Positions 27,029-33,992 of a stretch of DNA of 64,000 bases are shown here, in pieces. The notes beneath the pieces were generated by a model. That model ran no database searches, had not been told where the DNA came from, and was given only the letters and a program-made list of their open reading frames with translations. The stretch's first letter is position 1. Each line of letters starts with the position of its first letter. The translations under genes and the position numbers were made by a program. The stretch spans positions 1,039-65,038 of the forward strand of contig CAKROW010000008.1 in NCBI GenBank assembly GCA_934373235.1, written 5' to 3'. The DNA comes from an uncultured Blautia sp. Lineage in GTDB: Bacteria > Bacillota > Clostridia > Lachnospirales > Lachnospiraceae.

Positions 27029-28159
27029 TCAGAATCCGTCAAAAGATGCAACTGCGTCAACCACTCTCCTGGCATCCTCCATGTCCAGGTTATAGAACAT
27101 GGGAAGCCTTAAGAGTCTCTCACTTTCTCTGGTGGTATACACATCCTCCCCTGCAAATCTGCCAAATTTAAGGCCTGCAGGCGCAGAGTGGAGCGGCACA
27201 TAATGGAACACACTGCACACACCCTTCTCCCGTAAATATTTCAGAAGCCGGGTCCTTACCTGGATATCATGTACTTTAATATAATACATATGTGCATTAT
27301 GCTCACATTCTGCCGGCACAAAAGGCTGCTGGATCTTGCCTTCATCTGCAAGGAATTTCAGGTTCCGGTTATAAAAATCATAAATTTCCATACGCTTGGC
27401 ACTGATCTTTTTGTGCTGTTCAAGCTGTGCATAAAGATATGCCGCATTCAGCTCACTGGGCAGATAGGATGAACCGTAATCCATCCAGCGGTATTTATCC
27501 ACCTGTCCACGGAAAAACTTGCTTCTGTCTGTTCCCTTTTCCCGCAGGATCTCTGCTTTTTCCTGGTAGGCATCATCATCATAGACAATGGCGCCTCCCT
27601 CTCCCATAGTATAATTCTTAGTCTCATGGAAGCTGTAACAGCCAAAATCTCCGATGGTTCCCAGTGCTTTTCCTTTATAGTATGCATCCACTCCCTGGGC
27701 AGCATCCTCCACTACCTTAAGGTTATGTTTCCTGGCGATCGCCATAATGGTATCCATCTCACAGGCAACCCCTGCATAGTGGACCGGTACGATCACTCTG
27801 GTCTTATCTGTGATGGCCTGTTCGATCAGCTTCTCATCAATATTCATGGTATCCGGGCGGATATCCACAAACACGATCTTTGCACCTCTGAGCACAAAAG
27901 CATCCGCAGTGGACACAAATGTGTAGGATGGCATGATCACCTCATCTCCAGGCTGTACATCCGAAAGATAGGCTGCCATCTCCAGTGCATGTGTGCAGGA
28001 GGTTGTAAGCATCACGTGTCCCACATGAAAACGGTCCTGCATCCATCCGGAACATTTTTTTGTGTACTCACCGTCTCCGCAGAGCATCCCGCGGTTGACC
28101 GCATCCTGTATATATTCAAATTCCCTGCCTGTAAACGCAGGTCTGTTAAAATCTATCAT
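27029..28159 (-). CDS. DegT/WecE-class PLP-dependent dTDP-4-keto-6-deoxyhexose 4-aminotransferase
   Basis: The N-terminus MIDFNRPAFTGREFEYIQDAVNRGMLCGDGEYTKKC follows the E. coli WecE pattern as I recall it. VEDAAQG, SFHETKN (PLP lysine), GEGGA. Confidence 0.85.
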   Translation of the reverse strand: MIDFNRPAFTGREFEYIQDAVNRGMLCGDGEYTKKCSGWMQDRFHVGHVMLTTSCTHALEMAAYLSDVQPGDEVIMPSYTFVSTADAFVLRGAKIVFVDIRPDTMNIDEKLIEQAITDKTRVIVPVHYAGVACEMDTIMAIARKHNLKVVEDAAQGVDAYYKGKALGTIGDFGCYSFHETKNYTMGEGGAIVYDDDAYQEKAEILREKGTDRSKFFRGQVDKYRWMDYGSSYLPSELNAAYLYAQLEQHKKISAKRMEIYDFYNRNLKFLADEGKIQQPFVPAECEHNAHMYYIKVHDIQVRTRLLKYLREKGVCSVFHYVPLHSAPAGLKFGRFAGEDVYTTRESERLLRLPMFYNLDMEDARRVVDAVASFDGF

Positions 28160-28171
28160 CTCTTCCTCTTT

Positions 28172-29134
28172 TCAAAGTGCTTCCCATTCTTTTATGCAGG
28201 CAGCTATATATTCCATTTCTTCCCTGCCATACCTCTGGTCGCAGGGTACTGGCAGGATATTCTCTGACCACTGATATTCCAGGGTATCTGCCTTAAGGTC
28301 CCGCAGCACATTCTTCCAGTTGGTTGGTACAAAGATCTTCTTTCCTGCCAGCCATCTGCGAAGTTCGATTCCATTCCTGTGATAGTAAGGGTAAGCAAAA
28401 GGTCCCTCCGGTATCTCACCGTTAAATGGTGAACCGGAAGGCAGAAGCTCTGCAAGCAGTCTGTAATTGGCCTCTCTTTTTCGCTTTATGCCCTCATAGT
28501 CAATGGTCTTAAGCAGGTTCTCCGTAAGACGTGACATACGCCGTACTCCGCTGCTGCCAAATCCTGCCGCAGTATCCAGCATACGCTGATAATAGGTACC
28601 TGCGTCGTATTCATATCTTCCCAGCACATGGGCCATATGCTCCATGGAGTAATCCTCCGGAAGATCCATATCCGGCTGCGCATCTGTGGCCAGATATGCA
28701 CCGTCCCCCACACCGAAAAACTTCCTGCATGAGTAAATGGTATCGATTCCCTCCACCGGCCTGTCATAAAATGCCTGTGTATTGTCTACAATAATATTTC
28801 CAAATTTTTTCTTATAATAACGTATCTTATCTTCTGTGAGGCAGCCATAGTAATTCACCAGATACACGTAAGTTCCTTCTTCCGGTGCTCCCTGTGGCAG
28901 CACAGGTTCCAGCTCCTCGCTGAGATAATAAAAGATCATCTCTGTATCATTCTCCCTGCACACCTGAAACACAGATTCACAGAGAAAATAAGGCATATAT
29001 ATCTTACGGATCTGCCTTGTCCTCAAAAGGAGAAGAAAGGCCGTCCTGCCCAGATTCACCCTGTACAGATCCTCATAATATTCTCTGCCGGATGCTTCCT
29101 CCAGCTCAAGATATCCTCCGATTTCTTTCTTCAA
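28172..29134 (-). CDS. Uncharacterised protein, possibly a divergent DegT/aminotransferase-fold enzyme
   Basis: The ORF runs to GTG 29164. TTG at 29134 is preceded by AGGAGG with a 9-nt spacer. Weak DegT-like pattern: LGRTAFLLLL, IYMPYFLCESV, VDNTQAF, YSCRKFFGVGDGAYL. Confidence 0.45.
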   Translation of the reverse strand: MKKEIGGYLELEEASGREYYEDLYRVNLGRTAFLLLLRTRQIRKIYMPYFLCESVFQVCRENDTEMIFYYLSEELEPVLPQGAPEEGTYVYLVNYYGCLTEDKIRYYKKKFGNIIVDNTQAFYDRPVEGIDTIYSCRKFFGVGDGAYLATDAQPDMDLPEDYSMEHMAHVLGRYEYDAGTYYQRMLDTAAGFGSSGVRRMSRLTENLLKTIDYEGIKRKREANYRLLAELLPSGSPFNGEIPEGPFAYPYYHRNGIELRRWLAGKKIFVPTNWKNVLRDLKADTLEYQWSENILPVPCDQRYGREEMEYIAACIKEWEAL

Positions 29135-29266
29135 ATCTGATATCCTCCTGTCAGCTATTGACACTTGTTTTTTATCTTATCATTTTCAATGTCGGTTGTA
29201 AAGAGTTCACGAATAGTATATACTTGCATCGTATGAAAGTAAATTATCACGAAAGCGAGTTCAAAA

Positions 29267-30238
29267 ATGTTAGTTTCTATTGTGATCCCCTGCTATTACT
29301 CAGAAAAGTCCATACGCAAGGTAGTGGAAATGGTAATGGCGGAGTTTGACAAAAATGAGGGCTATGAATGTGAATTTGTCCTTGTAAATGATGGCTCCAC
29401 AGACAATACCTGGCCTGAGATCCAAAGGCTTGGTCAGGAATACCCCTGTGTCCACGGCATCAATCTTATGCATAATTTTGGCCAGCATAATGCCCTGATG
29501 GCATCCATGCACTATGCAAAAGGCGACTATGTCCTGGGAATGGATGACGATATGCAGACCCACCCTTCCCAGATCTTCAGACTGATACATAAGATCGAGG
29601 AAGGCTATGATCTGGTATACGGTGTCTACCCTCACAAAAAAAATTCCTGGCTTAAGAATTTTTCCAGCAAGATCAACGAAGTCACTTCCCGGATTATGCT
29701 GAACCGCCCCAGGGACATTGTATCCAGCAATTTCTGGATCATCACCAGCGCAGTACAGAAGGAAGTTGCCAAGTATACCAGCTTCAATCCCTATATTGAC
29801 GGAATCTTTTACCGTGTAACCCATAATATCGGAAATGTTCCGGTAGAACACTATCGCCGGGAATTCGGCACCTCCGGTTACACCTTACGTAAACTTGTCA
29901 ATCTGTGGCTTTGTTACTGGAACTTTTCGGTGATTCCTCTGCGGCTTTCCTTTTTCCTGGGAATCTTTTCCGGATTTGCAGGAGTTGTCATTGCACTGCT
30001 TGTGATCATCAACAAGCTGCTGCACCCGGATGTTACCATGGGATGGTCCTCCACCTTATGTGTTATTGTGATCTTTTTTGGCATCGTGCTTACAGTTCTT
30101 GGTATTGTAGGGGAATATCTGGGCAAGATCATTCTGATCCTTAACAACACGCCCCAGTATATTGTCCGTGAAACAGTCAATACACCAGATACCATAGAGG
30201 AAAAGATCAGCAAACTTGTGAGGGAGAAAGTCAATTGA
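29267..30238 (+). CDS. Polyprenyl-phosphate glycosyltransferase (GT2, GtrB/CsbB/ArnC architecture)
   Basis: N-terminal GT-A (VSIVIPCYY, VLVNDGSTD, MDDDMQ) followed by two C-terminal TM helices with the GIVGEYLGKI motif. Confidence 0.85.
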   Translation: MLVSIVIPCYYSEKSIRKVVEMVMAEFDKNEGYECEFVLVNDGSTDNTWPEIQRLGQEYPCVHGINLMHNFGQHNALMASMHYAKGDYVLGMDDDMQTHPSQIFRLIHKIEEGYDLVYGVYPHKKNSWLKNFSSKINEVTSRIMLNRPRDIVSSNFWIITSAVQKEVAKYTSFNPYIDGIFYRVTHNIGNVPVEHYRREFGTSGYTLRKLVNLWLCYWNFSVIPLRLSFFLGIFSGFAGVVIALLVIINKLLHPDVTMGWSSTLCVIVIFFGIVLTVLGIVGEYLGKIILILNNTPQYIVRETVNTPDTIEEKISKLVREKVN

Positions 30239-31473
30239 AAAAGATCATGATTCTGGGAGCCGGGATCTACCAGGTTCCCCTTATAAAAGCAGCCCAGGAT
30301 ATGGGACTTTATACCATCGTTGCCAGCATCCCCGGAGAGTATCCCGGGTTTGCCCTGGCTGATCAGGTCTGTACCATAAATACCACAGATCAGCAGGAAA
30401 TCCTTAAAGTATGCCTCCGTGAAAACATCCAGGCCATCTGCACCACCGGTACGGATGTTGCCGTTTCCACCATCGGATATGTGTGCCAGCACATGGGACT
30501 TCCGGGAATTTCCCTTTCTGCTGCCAGGAATGTCACAGACAAAGCACAGATGAAGGCAGCTTTTGAGCGTGGACATGTATCTGCCTCCCGTTTCCGTCAG
30601 GTAAATACCCTTGAGAAGGCCCGAAAAGCTGCTTCTGAGATCGGCTATCCTGTAGTCGTCAAACGTGTGGACAGCTCCGGAAGCCGCGGAATTACAGTTG
30701 TAAAGGATCCGGAATATCTGGCTGCAGCTTTTGATTCTGCACTCTCCGGTTCACGCAGGGATTATGTTCTGGTTGAGGAGAAACTTCATGGCATGGAAGT
30801 CGGTGCAGATGGCCTGATCCAGAACGGAGAAATTGTTTTCTTTGTTCCCCACGGAAAGTCCGTATATCATACAGGAACCATTGATGTTCCTGCAGGACAC
30901 AGCCTTCCATGGCAGGGTTCCCCGGTTCTTTCTGAGGAAATCCGCCGCCAGCTTAATGCCGCAGTTCAGGCACTTGGACTTGACAACTGTCCTTTTAACG
31001 CAGATCTTTTTGTAGATCCTGATACTGCCAAAGTGTGGATCATTGAGATTGGGGGCCGTACAGGCGCTACCTGCATCCCTGAGCTGATCTCCATGTATTA
31101 TGGTTTTGATTATTACGAAAAAATACTGAAAAACGCTCTTGGTGAGCCACTGTCTCTTCCCTCTGTTCCCCACGGAAGCCCCTGCCGTGCAATGCTTCTT
31201 ATGAGTCCCTTTGAAGGCAGGATCACATCTGTGGATCAGGATATCCTTCATGAGCTTACAGAACAGGGGATTACCGTCACACTGGACTATCCTGTGGGTC
31301 ATCCGGTTGAAAAAATGGAAAACGGCACCTGCCGCTTCGGCCATGTGATATTTCCGGTGCATCAGCCTGAGGAAACTGACCGGATCCTTCGTAAACTCTA
31401 CAGCTCGATCCACATTGACGAAGAGCCCCTTTCCTGGGAACATAATATAAAGCCCCATATCGGGGACGCCTGA
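30235..31473 (+). CDS. ATP-grasp family ligase
   Basis: MKKIMILGAGIYQVPLI Rossmann-like pre-ATP-grasp domain, DKAQMK..F, YPVVVKRVDSSGSRGI, LVEEKLHGMEV, IIEIGGR. The TTG start overlaps the upstream stop (TTGA 30235-30238). Confidence 0.8.
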   Translation: MKKIMILGAGIYQVPLIKAAQDMGLYTIVASIPGEYPGFALADQVCTINTTDQQEILKVCLRENIQAICTTGTDVAVSTIGYVCQHMGLPGISLSAARNVTDKAQMKAAFERGHVSASRFRQVNTLEKARKAASEIGYPVVVKRVDSSGSRGITVVKDPEYLAAAFDSALSGSRRDYVLVEEKLHGMEVGADGLIQNGEIVFFVPHGKSVYHTGTIDVPAGHSLPWQGSPVLSEEIRRQLNAAVQALGLDNCPFNADLFVDPDTAKVWIIEIGGRTGATCIPELISMYYGFDYYEKILKNALGEPLSLPSVPHGSPCRAMLLMSPFEGRITSVDQDILHELTEQGITVTLDYPVGHPVEKMENGTCRFGHVIFPVHQPEETDRILRKLYSSIHIDEEPLSWEHNIKPHIGDA

Positions 31474-31514
31474 TAACTGCTTACTTTTTCCGGATTTTTT
31501 ACAGCGGAGGAACT

Positions 31515-31865
31515 ATGTCAAAAGTCAAAGATTATATACAGCTTCATTTAAATATCCTGCTGTTCTCCCTGACAAGTGTTTTTTCCAAGCTTGCCTCAGT
31601 ACAGTATAACCGCCATGGCCTTGACAGTATCATGCTTTATGTTTTTCTTTTTCTCATGATACTGAACTGCGGGATCTATGCCATTGCGTGGCAGCAGGTC
31701 ATCAAAAAATTTTCCCTGTCCACAGCCTATGCCAACAAAAGTGTTTACCTTCTGTGGTCTCAGGTATGGGCAGTGATCATTTTTCACGAAAATCTTTCCA
31801 TACAGAACATTATCGGTATCCTGATCGTTCTGGCCGGAGTCTGGATGGTGCAGAGATATGAATAG
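31515..31865 (+). CDS. Small four-TM EamA-half/SMR-like protein, ArnE-like (putative lipid-linked sugar flippase subunit)
   Basis: 116 aa. C-terminal AYANKSVYLLWSQVWAVIIFHENLSIQNIIGILIVLAGVWMV resembles the ArnE pattern AY..S...W......HE..S......G. RBS GGAGG. Confidence 0.65.
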   Translation: MSKVKDYIQLHLNILLFSLTSVFSKLASVQYNRHGLDSIMLYVFLFLMILNCGIYAIAWQQVIKKFSLSTAYANKSVYLLWSQVWAVIIFHENLSIQNIIGILIVLAGVWMVQRYE

Positions 31866-32196
31866 AACATTTATGCTGATCATGCTTTGTGGAACCTTTT
31901 TTTCCGCAGTTTCCCAGATCCTTCTGAAACAGAGTGCCAACAAAACCTACAAAAACGCCCTTCTGGAATATCTTAACTGGAGGGTTATCCTTGCATATGG
32001 GATCTTTTTTGCAGTACTTCTTCTTAACACTCTGTGCTACACAAAAGTTGATATGCGTTTCGGCCCGGTCATAGACACCGCCACTTATGTATTTGTGCTG
32101 ATCTTTTCCCGCCTGATCCTGAAAGAAAAGATCACCCGCGGAAAGATCATCGGCAACCTTATCATTATTGCCGGGATCATTGTCTACACCTTATAA
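31858..32196 (+). CDS. Small four-TM EamA-half/SMR-like protein, ArnF-like partner subunit
   Basis: 112 aa. Its start overlaps the upstream stop (ATGAATAG, 31858-31865). Hydrophobic throughout, with a conserved C-terminal ..KEKIT..KIIGNLIIIAGIIV. Confidence 0.65.
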   Translation: MNRTFMLIMLCGTFFSAVSQILLKQSANKTYKNALLEYLNWRVILAYGIFFAVLLLNTLCYTKVDMRFGPVIDTATYVFVLIFSRLILKEKITRGKIIGNLIIIAGIIVYTL

Positions 32197-32231
32197 AGCT
32201 GCAGAAACTATTACAGATCTGTTCATACAGA

Positions 32232-32278
32232 ACAGCCCATTGAAAAAGTGAGATTCACATTTCAATGGGCTGTTTTTT
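32232..32278 (+). terminator. Rho-independent terminator of the plus-strand decoration operon
   Basis: 14-bp perfect stem ACAGCCCATTGAAA(32232-32245)/TTTCAATGGGCTGT(32260-32273) followed by TTTTT. Confidence 0.85.
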
Positions 32279-32291
32279 GCTCTTATGTTAT

Positions 32292-33821
32292 TTACCGGTT
32301 AGTACATACACCATTCTTGTCAAAAATGTAGGTTACACCATTTTCTTTTTTGGTACAGTTTTTGTACATGATTCCTGTGTAGCTGTCAAAACGGTACGGT
32401 TTTCCCTTGATCCGCAGCCAGCTTCTGCACATCTTTCCATTAGATCTGAAGTAGTAGGTATGATCCTCTCCATTTCCGGACCATGTATAGAATACAGATT
32501 TTACACGGACACCGTCATTTCCGAAATAGTATACATCGTCATTATCATCCATGTATCTTACATTTTTCATCATATATCCGTATTTGTTCTGGAAATAATA
32601 GACTTTGGAACCGATTCTCGTCATTCCTCTGGCTCCGTATCCGTTGGATTTCATGTAATATTTACGGTTATTCCAGGTTATCCACTTGTTGGTCACTCTG
32701 GCTCCGTTCTTGTCCACATAAAACACATTTCTATTGTAACGGATGAGCTGGCTCTTATATAAACCCTTGGTGGCGTTGATATAATAATACCTGCTTCCAA
32801 CCTTCACCCATCCCGTCTTCTTCACGCCGCTTGCATAGTAAAAAGTCTTTCCGTTCTCCTTGACCCATCCATTTTTTATATTGTTCTTGGTATCCGGAGT
32901 CCTGGACGCCTTATATGTGGCAAGTGCCTTTGTTCTCGGGGTGATGATCTTGGTGTAATCCACATAACCAAAATCTACATCTACATCTGAATAACTGGAA
33001 ATTCCACTGATCAGACCCTTGGTGGAATTTAAATATCCGCCACCATCACCGTCAGTTGCCTGCCAGATCGTATATTTGTACTCATTTCTGTCAGGTGCAA
33101 GGATATCATCACCGTAACGTGCAAGCCATACATCCAGACCTTTCAGTTTGCTCCAGGCCACCTTCTCATCATACCAATTGGTGTTGCAGTAAACCATGGG
33201 ATAATATCCGGCTTTTTTCACCTCATTACAAAATGCCAGTGCAAGGTCTGCTATCCTGGATGGGGAAAGTTCACCCATTTTACTGTACTCCAGGTCGTAG
33301 ACAACAGGGTAGGAAACCTTGTAACCGTTCATTTTTTTGATGGCAAACTGTGCTTCCTTCAGTGCCTCCGTTGTGGTGGTTGCAAGACTGTATACATAGG
33401 TTCCTACCGGAACGCCTGCCGCTGCTGCCTGTTTCATGTTATAGGCATACTGTCTGTCCATATGCTCCAGGCCATAGGAGATCCTTACAAAAGCAAAATC
33501 CACATTTGATTTCTTAACTTTTTTCCAGTCAATGGTATCCTGCCATTCAGAAACATCAATACCTCTTGTGATGGCTCCGTTGATCTTTTCACCGCTTCCA
33601 TTATAGCAGACTCCATTGATCTTCTTCCATGCCTTGGAGCTTGTAGCCTTTCCGCTGGCCTTACCGGAAATCTTTCCGCTTCTTACCTTTTCTTCCTCGG
33701 CAACTGTATCCCGGCGGTCAACTCCGCCACCGCCCATTGCCATAACTGTGGTTCCCATTGCACCTATGCCCAGCACTGCCGCCATAATGCCGGATACCAG
33801 CCATACTTTCCACTTTTTCAT
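32292..33821 (-). CDS. GH25 muramidase (lysozyme) with C-terminal cell-wall-binding repeats
   Basis: Signal peptide. GIDVSEWQDTIDWKKV..DFAFVRISYG and VVYDLEY GH25 motifs. The C-terminal half has ~20-aa aromatic repeats (GWVKENGKTFYY, GWVKVGSRYYYI, ..). Confidence 0.9.
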   Translation of the reverse strand: MKKWKVWLVSGIMAAVLGIGAMGTTVMAMGGGGVDRRDTVAEEEKVRSGKISGKASGKATSSKAWKKINGVCYNGSGEKINGAITRGIDVSEWQDTIDWKKVKKSNVDFAFVRISYGLEHMDRQYAYNMKQAAAAGVPVGTYVYSLATTTTEALKEAQFAIKKMNGYKVSYPVVYDLEYSKMGELSPSRIADLALAFCNEVKKAGYYPMVYCNTNWYDEKVAWSKLKGLDVWLARYGDDILAPDRNEYKYTIWQATDGDGGGYLNSTKGLISGISSYSDVDVDFGYVDYTKIITPRTKALATYKASRTPDTKNNIKNGWVKENGKTFYYASGVKKTGWVKVGSRYYYINATKGLYKSQLIRYNRNVFYVDKNGARVTNKWITWNNRKYYMKSNGYGARGMTRIGSKVYYFQNKYGYMMKNVRYMDDNDDVYYFGNDGVRVKSVFYTWSGNGEDHTYYFRSNGKMCRSWLRIKGKPYRFDSYTGIMYKNCTKKENGVTYIFDKNGVCTNR

Positions 33822-33944
33822 GTTTTTTCCTTTCCCTTTTCTGTATGATTTTTGTCAGGCGGATATTTGCGATCCGCGCCGCCCACTGCTTATTGCTTTT
33901 CGCAGCCTCGCAGGAGGCTTCGATGATTCTGGTAAAAAGAAGAA

Positions 33945-33983
33945 ACCTGCTGTTCTACGGTTATCTTCTGTAAAACAGCAGGT
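33945..33983 (-). terminator. Rho-independent terminator of the L,D-transpeptidase gene
   Basis: 10-bp stem ACCTGCTGTT(33945-33954)/AACAGCAGGT(33974-33983). On the minus strand it is followed by TTCTTCTTTTT. Confidence 0.8.
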
Positions 33984-33992
33984 CATTTCTGA

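Noticed and set aside
4490-32196. Whether the polysaccharide locus is a mobile genomic island, given the tRNA-Leu at the window's left edge.
   Set aside because: No integrase, transposase, direct repeats of the tRNA 3' end or other mobility genes were seen. Four housekeeping-type genes separate the tRNA from the locus. Strain variability is still possible but would come from recombination rather than mobility.
33822-33944. Structured leader upstream of the GH25 muramidase gene, with hairpins GCCTC/GAGGC and GCGGAT/ATCCGC. It was considered as a c-di-AMP (ydaO-type) or other riboswitch, because such switches often precede wall hydrolases.
   Set aside because: I could not recognise the conserved ydaO core elements or any pseudo-symmetric architecture. 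The hairpins are short. A covariance-model search (Rfam) would be needed, and there is no support from the sequence alone.
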